Below, one piece after another: positions 48,860 to 57,914 of a stretch of DNA of 64,000 nucleotides. The notes under the pieces were generated by a model. The model was given only the letters and a program-made list of their open reading frames with translations. It was not told where the DNA came from and did not search any database. Source of the DNA: a virus (lineage: Duplodnaviria; Heunggongvirae; Uroviricota; Caudoviricetes); the IMG/VR virus record IMGVR_UViG_2609459792_000007. One strand, 5' to 3'. Position 1 is the stretch's first letter. Every line of letters starts with the position of its first letter. A program made the position numbers and the translations under genes.

Positions 48860-49443
48860 TAGATAAGTACAAACTATTCATAAAGTGAATTGTAAGTGCT
48901 AAGATCTGATAGTTTCCAGTCGTAGACTGGAGACTCGACCTGATGGGTGGGGGTAAGCGTCACTGGCGTCAGGTTTAAAAAAGCTCACTACCAGCGTAGA
49001 ACCGGTGCCGTTTAGGTGTCGGGGAAGGGGGAACCAAAGTGAGCGGAGACAAGGGTCACTTTATGATTGTCGAGTCTGGGGTGTTTCGAGAGGTTGAATC
49101 CAGTACTCCCCTTCATAAAGTGTGGGAAGATCTCGGTTCTGGGGTGCTGTCATCCATAACTTCCCAAGTCTAAGCTGGCAGTAGACTTAGGCCATAACTT
49201 TTCAGGTTATGAAACGACCAGGTTGGTGAGGGATTTTTATACTCACCTCCCTGGGAGAGTATTACCTGAAAAGACAACCTCTCACTTCGTTCGAGGTGAA
49301 CTTCACTCACTTCGTTCGTTCAGTTCAGGTTTATAAAAACCTGTTCTGGGAAGTAATTTGTTTATTTTAATAATTATTAACACGCACGCGTGTGCGCACG
49401 CGCGAGGAAAAAAATCGGCGCGGCGCTTGATTCAGGAGTTTAT

Positions 49444-50034
49444 ATGACGACGAAGACACCAGCCCGATCGCAAGAAAAAACTCGCAAAAAAGCCAAAAAC
49501 AAAACTTCTCCCCGCACCAATTCCACAACGCCTGTCGTAGAGTTCAATCCCCAGCTTAAAACCGTGAAAATCTTCAGTGATGGCTCTTGCCTTAAAAATC
49601 CGGGTGGCCCGGGCGGTTACGGTATAGTTCTCCAGTATCGTGGTGAGGAACGCGAGTTCTCAGATGGTTTTCATAGCACCACCAATAACCGCATGGAGAT
49701 GATGGGGGCACTTATCGGGCTGGAGCGTTTGAAATATCCATGCAACGTTATTTTGCACTCTGATAGCCAGTATCTGAAAAACGGCATGACACTGTGGATG
49801 AAATGGTGGAAACGCAATGGATGGATGACTTCTGACAAAAAACCGGTAAAGAATGTTGATCTGTGGAAGCGTCTGGATGAGGCCGCAAGTCGACATAATG
49901 TTCGCTGGAAGTGGGTTAAAGGCCACGCCGGGCATCGTGAAAATGAAATATGTGATCGACTCGCGAAGATCGCAGCTTTTTCCGCAGCAGATATGCCTCA
50001 CAAGAAAGATATTGGTTTTGTTTATAACAAATAG
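49444..50034 (+). CDS. Ribonuclease HI
   Basis: [36 protein letters not shown]; start at ATG 49444 with RBS aggag; basic N-terminal extension. Confidence 0.85.
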   Translation: MTTKTPARSQEKTRKKAKNKTSPRTNSTTPVVEFNPQLKTVKIFSDGSCLKNPGGPGGYGIVLQYRGEEREFSDGFHSTTNNRMEMMGALIGLERLKYPCNVILHSDSQYLKNGMTLWMKWWKRNGWMTSDKKPVKNVDLWKRLDEAASRHNVRWKWVKGHAGHRENEICDRLAKIAAFSAADMPHKKDIGFVYNK

Positions 50035-50182
50035 TAAGTAAGTCTTTACCTATCATTTTAAATCATGTATCTTATCGGCGTCAGGATGACAATGTGTCGG
50101 TAAGACACAGTTCCAGGATGGAACGAGAAAGGCGGCTGGCAATCGCCAGCCGCAACTCTTTCTGACACTGGATGGAGTCCAC

Positions 50183-50677
50183 ATGGCACGTCAAACCTAT
50201 TTCACTTCTGCAACTAAACGTCCTCGTTCACTACGTCAAATTTTGGCCGAATTATTTAGCGGTCGTGTTCTGTCACGTCTTGATGAACTAGAGACTGCCG
50301 TTCGGTTGCTGAATGAACGTTTAGATAAGCAAGCGTCAGTTGTTGCGAACGTGGGGGCGATTGTTACCTCTGGTTCTTCACGCGAAGCGAAAAGTACACG
50401 GCCTTTAGTGAAGGAGAAAAACAACAAGGACAGTTCGAATGGAAAATTTTCAAAGAAAGAGGCTGAAACCAATGGCCTACGTTCTCATTATAGTTTCACT
50501 GGCGACGATAGCCGTTCCAGCCGGCCAGAGCCTTTTGATGCCGGGTTCATCCATCACCACACCTCCGTCGACGACAATTACCACCACTCCAGTAGAGCGT
50601 CCTGTCACTCTGGATGGGATGACGGTGGATGCGATACCTCAAGTTCATCCAGTTACTCAGGATCATGCTGTGACTAA
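50183..50677 (+). CDS. Hypothetical protein (low-complexity C-terminus; extent uncertain)
   Basis: ORF overlaps alternative-frame membrane ORF 50439-50690; only one frame is likely genuine over the shared stretch. Confidence 0.25.
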   Translation: MARQTYFTSATKRPRSLRQILAELFSGRVLSRLDELETAVRLLNERLDKQASVVANVGAIVTSGSSREAKSTRPLVKEKNNKDSSNGKFSKKEAETNGLRSHYSFTGDDSRSSRPEPFDAGFIHHHTSVDDNYHHSSRASCHSGWDDGGCDTSSSSSYSGSCCD

Positions 50678-50690
50678 GGCGGTTGTATGA
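50439..50690 (+). CDS. Putative small membrane protein (alternative frame)
   Basis: N-terminal TM segment AYVLIIVSLATIAVPA, Thr/Pro-rich tail; overlaps 50183 ORF. Confidence 0.3.
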   Translation: MENFQRKRLKPMAYVLIIVSLATIAVPAGQSLLMPGSSITTPPSTTITTTPVERPVTLDGMTVDAIPQVHPVTQDHAVTKAVV

Positions 50691-50884
50691 ACTGGTTTTC
50701 AAATCACTTTGGAAAAACTTGGCTGGCGATTCTGGCTTTCATAGCTCTCATGGCCGCCGGTTGGGTATCGAACATTGTAAAACTCGTTTGCTCTGGTGAT
50801 CTCCAGTTTCAGGCTGGTATGACCTTGGCTCGTGTTGTTGGGATTTTTGTTTTTCCAGTCGGTTCGGTACTTGGTTATTTCTGA
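50687..50884 (+). CDS. Small two-TM membrane protein
   Basis: 65 aa; hydrophobic segments WLAILAFIALMAAGW and VVGIFVFPVGSVLGYF. Confidence 0.4.
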   Translation: MNWFSNHFGKTWLAILAFIALMAAGWVSNIVKLVCSGDLQFQAGMTLARVVGIFVFPVGSVLGYF

Positions 50885-50977
50885 CGGTTGTTAGTGCATA
50901 TGCATTGACCGTCTTTTCGTAAGCAATTCATGTAACTAGAAAACAGCTTGTTTTAACAAATAACAAAAGGAAAGCAC

Positions 50978-51403
50978 ATGTTAGGTTTATTCAAAAAGAA
51001 AACTCGTAAAGCTGTTATCGAGGTCAAAAAAATGGAGAACCGAGATGCGGTTGAAGCCACCGTGTGGGGCGCGTACATGATCTCCTATGCCGATGGCACA
51101 TGCGACGCAAAGGAAATTTCCATTCTTGAGAAAACAATTGCAGCTCTGCCTGCGTTTTCTCCGTTTGCTGGTGAGATTGCCCAAATGAGCGCCAATATCC
51201 GTGCTCAATACGAAGCCTCACCGCGCCGCGCTAATGCCCAGGCTTTACGTGAGCTGGCTGATGTGGCCGGGACTAATGATGCAGTAGATGTACTGTGTCT
51301 GTGCCTTGATATTGCCGACCAAGACGGTATTGGCGAACAAGAAGAGCTGGCCCTGAAAAAGATCGCACAGGCGCTTCAGTTGTCACTGGATGCTTATCTC
51401 TAA
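50978..51403 (+). CDS. TerB-like domain protein
   Basis: 141 aa; ADG..D..E...L..A.. pattern and C-terminal DQDGIGEQEELALKKIA typical of TerB-like folds; assignment from motif only. Confidence 0.45.
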   Translation: MLGLFKKKTRKAVIEVKKMENRDAVEATVWGAYMISYADGTCDAKEISILEKTIAALPAFSPFAGEIAQMSANIRAQYEASPRRANAQALRELADVAGTNDAVDVLCLCLDIADQDGIGEQEELALKKIAQALQLSLDAYL

Positions 51404-51561
51404 TGCTTGAGAGATTCCGGCTTGTGACCGTCATTGCTCTTCTGGTGATGGCGGTGTTGGTGGATTTTACGGGAAAGATGATGTCTGTCATTTCTGATGG
51501 CGTCCTCATTGGTCTGGCGATCTACTTCGCTTATCCGCTAGTCCGTAAAGCAACGTGTTAA
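51403..51561 (+). CDS. Small membrane protein
   Basis: 52-aa ORF below track cutoff; overlaps TerB-like stop (TAATG); followed by hairpin gggccaaatggccc. Confidence 0.35.
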   Translation: MLERFRLVTVIALLVMAVLVDFTGKMMSVISDGVLIGLAIYFAYPLVRKATC

Positions 51562-51700
51562 TGACAAGGGCCAAATGGCCCTTGTGTTTCGTTGACCGAA
51601 ATAGAGAGTTTGCACCTTTACGTTTAGCTTGCTCCCCTTTTATGCCACATCACAATAAAGCCAATAAGAAAACAACTTGTTTAAGCATTAGGAAAAACAC

Positions 51701-52270
51701 ATGTGCAAGAAATGCAAAGCGATAGCTGATGAACAAAACGCCTTATTCGAAGAAATGGATGCTAATGAACTGGTCAAAATGTTAGCCATTCTTCGAGGAA
51801 TAGAAGACGTTTCCATATTTGAGAGAGTGGTTACAGCACTTAATTTTGAGTCCACCTTTGAAGAGCCAACTCAGGTTGTAGCTTTAGCACATCATTTCGG
51901 TGTTCATTATCTTGCTGAAAAAGAGCGCGCTGATAAGTTGCAGGCGACTTTGGATATGGTGAGCGAGACTCAACGAACTGATGACACTAACAAGAGTGAG
52001 GCGATTATTGCCAGCAAAGATCGTGAAATTGCTGGGCTTAAATCCTCTCTAACGATGTTGATGTCTGCGTTCAATCTTATGTCTTCTCAGGCGGGTTATA
52101 AAATGCCATCACTAAACAGCGATGATCCGATGGCCGTTCGTCAGCTTTTGGGAGCAATGGCCGACCAACTCGACGACACAAAGAGTCGGCTTGAAGACAT
52201 GATGCGTGAGTTAAGCCATCGACATAACCTCGCAACACAGCCACACAAAGCCTTTCAAAGCTCTAATTGA
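51701..52270 (+). CDS. Hypothetical protein (N-terminal CxxC)
   Basis: 189 aa; conserved cacATG start context; terminator-like hairpin after stop. Confidence 0.45.
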   Translation: MCKKCKAIADEQNALFEEMDANELVKMLAILRGIEDVSIFERVVTALNFESTFEEPTQVVALAHHFGVHYLAEKERADKLQATLDMVSETQRTDDTNKSEAIIASKDREIAGLKSSLTMLMSAFNLMSSQAGYKMPSLNSDDPMAVRQLLGAMADQLDDTKSRLEDMMRELSHRHNLATQPHKAFQSSN

Positions 52271-52325
52271 TCTGATATGGCCGCATGATCGGCCATATTG
52301 TGTTGATAAAAAACAAGGATGAAAA

Positions 52326-52607
52326 ATGGCATACGGTACAGGGATTTACAACAATAAAGGAATTAACGTTACTGGCTTCCTTACTCCTATTTTTTTTCTT
52401 GATCGATTTACTGCGTCATCAGGCTCTAAGACGTACTCCAATCCGCCACCGGGTAAATCGCTACATGCCGTGTGGTCATTGATGCCTCTTAACAACGACA
52501 ACTACATTAATTTACCTGTTCCAACAGTTACTATTAATGGAAATACGGTTAGTTGGTCAAATTTATATACGGGGCTTGGTTCTTACATATACACATACTG
52601 GGGATAA
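52326..52607 (+). CDS. Hypothetical Asn/Ser/Thr/Tyr-rich protein (AT-rich island)
   Basis: 93-aa ORF in low-GC segment. Confidence 0.35.
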   Translation: MAYGTGIYNNKGINVTGFLTPIFFLDRFTASSGSKTYSNPPPGKSLHAVWSLMPLNNDNYINLPVPTVTINGNTVSWSNLYTGLGSYIYTYWG

Positions 52608-52609
52608 TT

Positions 52610-53224
52610 ATGTTCGGGATGTCAATTACTCAATCAGATGGAAGTTTGTGGATGAGTCCAGAATTTACTCCGCAAAATCTGATTAATAAAGGGACAATGT
52701 CTACATCTAAAGGTTCTGTTTTTCAAACATCAATCCCATCAAACAAATCATGCTTTTTCTTCATAAAAAGCAGTAATAAGGCGAACATGATGTTTATTCA
52801 TGAGCATAGTAACGGATACAATGCTCTCAGATTGCATCAGGTAAATGGTAGCCCCGGAACAATAACAGTTTATGCTTTTTCTGATATGGTGTTACCACAT
52901 TCTGGCTATGGCATTGCCATGTATAACAGCGCAGGCGCAATGGTGTATCACGGTGAGATGATGCCCCTTGATGCGAAACTTATCACTATTTCTGACCCTC
53001 AATTTACAATAGATATGGGGTATCCATGTGCGGTAATGCCTGCTATGGTTGGGGTATATAACTATAGACGAACCGATTACGACAGACCTGTCTATGTAAC
53101 AATGACAGGTGCAACTGGAAACCAAGTATATAACGGTCAATGGTATTCCGGTAATGTCACATGGGATATTAAGAAGATTTATACAAACAAAATTCTGGTG
53201 ATAAATACCTCCAAGTATGATTAG
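52610..53224 (+). CDS. Hypothetical Asn/Ser/Thr/Tyr/Gly-rich protein (AT-rich island)
   Basis: ORF starting at ATG 52610 (track start 52553 runs back into the upstream gene); low-GC codon usage. Confidence 0.4.
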   Translation: MFGMSITQSDGSLWMSPEFTPQNLINKGTMSTSKGSVFQTSIPSNKSCFFFIKSSNKANMMFIHEHSNGYNALRLHQVNGSPGTITVYAFSDMVLPHSGYGIAMYNSAGAMVYHGEMMPLDAKLITISDPQFTIDMGYPCAVMPAMVGVYNYRRTDYDRPVYVTMTGATGNQVYNGQWYSGNVTWDIKKIYTNKILVINTSKYD

Positions 53225-53327
53225 CCAATGCCTTTATTTGAAGGATTGCCTGTTTATTTCTATTTAGTACCTTTTCATTTTTGAAATAATTGCACCATTA
53301 AACAAATCACTTCTTAATGGTGCAATT

Positions 53328-55013
53328 ATGAATACAGCCCTTTCCATCATCGACGATGCCAACTCAAACACTGCTATCGACTATCGGCAGGAAATGAACG
53401 TCATCCACGAAATTGTGGCCGAGTGCGAGAAAGAGATCGCCTTCATGTATCAGGTACACGACTTCGTTTATGGCGACGAACGCCACAACATGATTAATCG
53501 CCTGCTGAGACTAAACCATCGACCAGATGAAGATCGCTCGCGTTTAAATCGAGGTTGGTTGGATAAAGTCGATCTGGAATGGGTGAAACAGAATATTTGG
53601 GCCGAGTACTGGAGGAAGGTCACGGACATGACTAACGTTTTGCTGATCATGCCAGCTTCCCGTCGAGATGAGTGGCGCGAGCAGTTTATAGAGGGCAAAC
53701 AGGAAGTCATCAAAACTGACAGAACCGGCTACCAGATGAAGGTTAAAGAGTTCGTTGGTGTACCGGAGTTCAAAGCAGAAACGGTCATACCCACGATGCT
53801 TAATTTGCTGAATGACAGGCACAAATATCTCTCTGAGCGCGTGTATGGCTTGTTTAAGGCGCTGAGTCCTGCGCACAAGACAAATAAGACAAACGGTTTC
53901 AGCGAACGTCTGATAATCGCTGACTGCATTTCTGATTTCTGGCGGGACAGCGTTAGTGTGAACTATCGCAAAGAGGACTATATCGACGATCTGCGTGTCT
54001 TGCTTCATTTCTTCGCGCACAAAGAATTTATTACCATCAACCGCACTGCTGAGGTGCTATCAGCTGCGTATCGGGCAAACGACTGCCAGACCGGTGACTG
54101 GATGAACGTCGATGGAAATCTAATGCGCGTGAAGATGTTCAAGAACGGCAACGTTCACTTTGAAATACATCCTGACGTGGCCTGGAAGTTGAATGAGGTG
54201 CTGGCTTACAGTATGCCTGCTGCAATCCCCGCGCCATGTCGCACCGCGCCAAAAACACGGGCACCAAAGCAGTTCGGTTTAATCCAGAAGACGATCTCCG
54301 TGCCGGTTCGCACTGCGCTTCGTGACGGGCGATTGAGCAAAGACAAAGGCGTATGGTACTTCTCTGATTCAGCTCTCCAGAAGTCGCAGGTGGAAGAGCT
54401 TGAGCGCACACTGAGCTTCATTGGCGGCGTGCAGGAGAAAAAGCACTGGCAGTTCCCGTATGACATCGACCATACGCTAAATACGATTGTGGCTACCGGT
54501 TTAATACCGGATACAAAATCACACCAGTTCTACCCTACCCCACGCTTGATTGCTGAGTACGTTGCCAGAGCCACTGAATTGAAGCCTGGTGAGAAGCTGC
54601 TGGAGCCTCAAGCCGGACGTGGGGATCTTCTGGCCTATATTAACGCCGATCTGGAAGATGTTACCTGCATAGAAATCGCATCTCTCTTCGCTGATATCCT
54701 GCGTGGAAAAGGGTATACGAACACGATTTGCTGCGACTTCATAAAGTGGTCTGAGGACAACGCAGGTTATCAGTTCGACAAAATCGTTATGAACCCGCCG
54801 TACTCGCTTGGTCGTCATAAAGAGCACACGCTGGCTGCGCTGGGGCATCTGAAAGTCGGCGGGCGTCTTGTAGCAGTATTGCCGGGCACTGCGCCAATAC
54901 TGGACTGGATGACGATGGATAATTACGTTTATGCCAGAGGGAAGTCGTTTACCAACGAGTTTGAAGACACAGGGATCACAGTCAGCGTATACGTTTTCAA
55001 ACGCGTTAAATGA
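53328..55013 (+). CDS. DNA methyltransferase, NPPY-type, with large N-terminal domain of unknown function
   Basis: C-terminal AdoMet motif LEPQAGRGDL followed by IVMNPPYS; ~400-aa N-terminal region unassigned. Confidence 0.6.
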   Translation: MNTALSIIDDANSNTAIDYRQEMNVIHEIVAECEKEIAFMYQVHDFVYGDERHNMINRLLRLNHRPDEDRSRLNRGWLDKVDLEWVKQNIWAEYWRKVTDMTNVLLIMPASRRDEWREQFIEGKQEVIKTDRTGYQMKVKEFVGVPEFKAETVIPTMLNLLNDRHKYLSERVYGLFKALSPAHKTNKTNGFSERLIIADCISDFWRDSVSVNYRKEDYIDDLRVLLHFFAHKEFITINRTAEVLSAAYRANDCQTGDWMNVDGNLMRVKMFKNGNVHFEIHPDVAWKLNEVLAYSMPAAIPAPCRTAPKTRAPKQFGLIQKTISVPVRTALRDGRLSKDKGVWYFSDSALQKSQVEELERTLSFIGGVQEKKHWQFPYDIDHTLNTIVATGLIPDTKSHQFYPTPRLIAEYVARATELKPGEKLLEPQAGRGDLLAYINADLEDVTCIEIASLFADILRGKGYTNTICCDFIKWSEDNAGYQFDKIVMNPPYSLGRHKEHTLAALGHLKVGGRLVAVLPGTAPILDWMTMDNYVYARGKSFTNEFEDTGITVSVYVFKRVK

Positions 55014-55074
55014 TAGGTAAATACTTACTTAATTTGTGTAAGAATGTAATAACTAAACGATAAGAGAAAAACAC

Positions 55075-55779
55075 ATGAACAACCTCCAGTTAGAGCATTT
55101 TAACGTCACAGGCCATTCTGATTTTCCTTTCAAGTTTACATTGAAAGGTTATGCAGAGGATGCGGTAGGCCAGATCATTATTGATAAAGGCATCGTTAAG
55201 TTTGAGGGGAATTTTGATGAATCCGCGAAAACATTCATAGACTTCGTTGCCAAACGTTGGAGCGAGCAATGGAAAGACCTGGAAAAGCGCGCTAGTGAGT
55301 TTGATCGGTTCATGGATGCAATGGATACAGCAAAAGAGGCTCTTGCTGCTGGTACTCCGTTAGATCTGGAGTCACTTTTCAACGGCGAAGTGGCCTCTGC
55401 GATGTTCGCCACCATGTTCGCGGGTGAGTTCGTCCGCAGCGGTGCCAAAAACTACCTTGAGCTGGATTACAACGTCCCTGCAATTGGCGATTTCGTCGTT
55501 ACCATCCAACGCAAAGAAGGTAAGACGCCAGGTGAACGCGTCGCAGAGCTTGAGGCCGTTGTGGATCAGCGTAACGGAGAGTGTGACCGTTTGATCAACG
55601 AGCTTCATGCACTTCGGGAAGAAAGAATATGCGCGGGTAGTAATACACGTAATGCAGCGGATATCTACTTCCAGTTAGTTGAGGAATGCCAGATTCCACC
55701 AGGTGGCTCTCTTGTCGATTACGTAAGACATTTAATGGCGGAAGTTAGCTCCAGCCATAAAGATGGTGAGGTGCGCTGA
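55075..55779 (+). CDS. Hypothetical protein
   Basis: 234 aa; conserved cacATG start context. Confidence 0.45.
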   Translation: MNNLQLEHFNVTGHSDFPFKFTLKGYAEDAVGQIIIDKGIVKFEGNFDESAKTFIDFVAKRWSEQWKDLEKRASEFDRFMDAMDTAKEALAAGTPLDLESLFNGEVASAMFATMFAGEFVRSGAKNYLELDYNVPAIGDFVVTIQRKEGKTPGERVAELEAVVDQRNGECDRLINELHALREERICAGSNTRNAADIYFQLVEECQIPPGGSLVDYVRHLMAEVSSSHKDGEVR

Positions 55780-56159
55780 TGTTTGGCATTGACGCACAGC
55801 GTATAGCCGCTTTTGCAAAAAGCCCTCTTGATAATCCCTTGTCTCGTAGTGAGCAAATGGAGCTGGCAAGGCTTTTTCTTCATATTCAAAAACAGTCAGA
55901 CGTTTTCAATAACATGCCTGATCAACCTATTCTGGATGGTCACATCCAGATGGTCATTAACAGTCATGAGAAAGGCTGGGCTGCAATCGTCCCCAGCACA
56001 ATTACATACAAGTTGGCGAAAGAGGTTCAAGAGTTTCGAAAAGCCAGTGTCGAATCGGAGTCTACCAAAGCCGCAATAAACACTCTTATTCGCATGGGGT
56101 TCACATGGACCGGTGGAGCCTACTGGCAAGCACCTCACCCCATTTTATCCGGCAATTAG
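55779..56159 (+). CDS. Hypothetical protein
   Basis: 126-aa ORF overlapping previous stop. Confidence 0.4.
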   Translation: MFGIDAQRIAAFAKSPLDNPLSRSEQMELARLFLHIQKQSDVFNNMPDQPILDGHIQMVINSHEKGWAAIVPSTITYKLAKEVQEFRKASVESESTKAAINTLIRMGFTWTGGAYWQAPHPILSGN

Positions 56160-56278
56160 ACGCTACAAATCCTTCGGCATGAATAAATAAAGGCCATAAG
56201 TTGTGGCCTTAAATAAATTGTTTTCTACCTTTTCTTATTTGTGAAAATAACCACAACTAGAAAACAACGGAGTTAAGA

Positions 56279-56920
56279 ATGTCTAGTATTTCCGAAGCTC
56301 ATATGTTCGCCGCTGGCGCTCATGGTGGCGTTGGTCAGAAAAGAAAATATACCGGCGAAGACTACATCAACCACCCGGTTGCTGTCCGAGAGATTGTTGC
56401 ATTGCATGACGGAACCGTGGAGATGCAAATCGCGGCGCTTCTGCATGATGTGGTCGAAGACACCCATGTAACCATAGAGATGGTTCGTGATCACTTCGGT
56501 GAGCGCGTAGCTGAAATGGTTCAGGCTCTGACCAACATTGCAAGGCCAGAAGACGGCAATCGAATACAGCGTTTCATCATCAATGTCCGGGAGCTGGAGC
56601 AAAATCTCGACATGCAGACGCGCATGATCAAGCTGGCTGACCTGCTCGACAATACCTCTTCTATCGTGAGTCGCGATCCTGAGTTTTCAGCTATCTACCT
56701 TGCAGAGAAAGAGCTGATGCTGGACGTACTTTTTAACGGGAAGGAGATTGGTGCCAACGCTGATGTTGTCGAGTACATGGAGAGGATAGGTATAGAACAC
56801 CCGTTGTTATTAAGCGCAATGGCGAAAGTCACTGAAGGTATTGCGCTTCTGAAACCGGTACACATCAAACGTTATGAAAAACACAAATCGCTGATCTGGA
56901 GCGCGTGGGAGGCTGCATGA
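56279..56920 (+). CDS. HD-domain hydrolase, SpoT/Rel hydrolase-like (small alarmone hydrolase candidate)
   Basis: YINHPVAVREIV...AALLHDVVEDT matches the HD motif of RelA/SpoT hydrolase domains; 213 aa, no synthetase domain. Confidence 0.65.
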   Translation: MSSISEAHMFAAGAHGGVGQKRKYTGEDYINHPVAVREIVALHDGTVEMQIAALLHDVVEDTHVTIEMVRDHFGERVAEMVQALTNIARPEDGNRIQRFIINVRELEQNLDMQTRMIKLADLLDNTSSIVSRDPEFSAIYLAEKELMLDVLFNGKEIGANADVVEYMERIGIEHPLLLSAMAKVTEGIALLKPVHIKRYEKHKSLIWSAWEAA

Positions 56921-57459
56921 AGATCGAAAAAATAGATGTTCTTTCCTTTGTGCTGACGGATCTGGAACGCCTCGATCCGGTTCGAGTGATGATTGAAAAC
57001 TACGAACCTGGTAAGGGAAGAATCACCATCACCTGCTACGGAAAAGCGTGGACTGCGGCTTGGTTTGCTATGGGCGGTGATGATGTGCAGACGTTCATTA
57101 AGCGGGTCAGCAACGAGTATCTAATCGGCTATTTCGACCCTCAACTGCGAAGCACGGTCGACGATGACAACGATGCAAATCTGCTTTTCGTGAAGTCAGA
57201 AATCATAAAGTTACGAAGAGAGAGAGAAATAGACGCTGTACTGGCTCGCGAAATGTGGGACGAGGCGGAAAACGCCGATGACGTAAAAGAAAGCTGCTGC
57301 TGTTTCGGCGTCGGTAACAAACTACTGAATCTCTTTGGTGATGATCCGTGGTATGCCGACTGGCCAACGGTACCAAACCCGAAATACCAGTATCTGGAAC
57401 GCATTGTGAACTCGGTACGTGAAGGGCTGAAAGAGTTAGACAAGTTAGAGGCATCGTAA
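56917..57459 (+). CDS. Hypothetical protein
   Basis: ORF with ATG 56917 overlapping HD gene stop (ATGA). Confidence 0.4.
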   Translation: MKIEKIDVLSFVLTDLERLDPVRVMIENYEPGKGRITITCYGKAWTAAWFAMGGDDVQTFIKRVSNEYLIGYFDPQLRSTVDDDNDANLLFVKSEIIKLRREREIDAVLAREMWDEAENADDVKESCCCFGVGNKLLNLFGDDPWYADWPTVPNPKYQYLERIVNSVREGLKELDKLEAS

Positions 57460-57914
57460 TGAGAGAGAAAATCAAGAACCCGGTCGTCGTATTGTATAAG
57501 CGGGAAACCAGCGATTCTTATGCGGTATCTATCACTGATGGAAGCCAGAACATGCACGATGGTCTGCTAATGGCCTCCGTATCTCCTGATGATTCGGACT
57601 ACCCTTTCGCCACTTTCGCTATGGTTGGTTACTACATGGCTGCCGAAATTGAGAAGTTGCGGGCGCAGAGAGACGCATTAGCGGCGGAGAATGCAGCCCT
57701 GAAAGAATCTGAGCGAGCATTCGATGCGATGTGTGCCGAGGAACACGGAGATAATTGGGTTAGCGAATTAACGGAGACTCCAGCCACCGATGCTTTTCTG
57801 GCTGAAGTACGTGCGCAGGGCGTGGAGATGTTTGCTGAGTGTGCATACACACTTGAACATCATGATCACGCAGTAGCCTTCGCCGCTGATCTTCGCAAAG
57901 GAAATAAACAGTGA
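57459..57914 (+). CDS. Hypothetical protein
   Basis: 151-aa ORF, translationally coupled. Confidence 0.4.
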   Translation: MREKIKNPVVVLYKRETSDSYAVSITDGSQNMHDGLLMASVSPDDSDYPFATFAMVGYYMAAEIEKLRAQRDALAAENAALKESERAFDAMCAEEHGDNWVSELTETPATDAFLAEVRAQGVEMFAECAYTLEHHDHAVAFAADLRKGNKQ

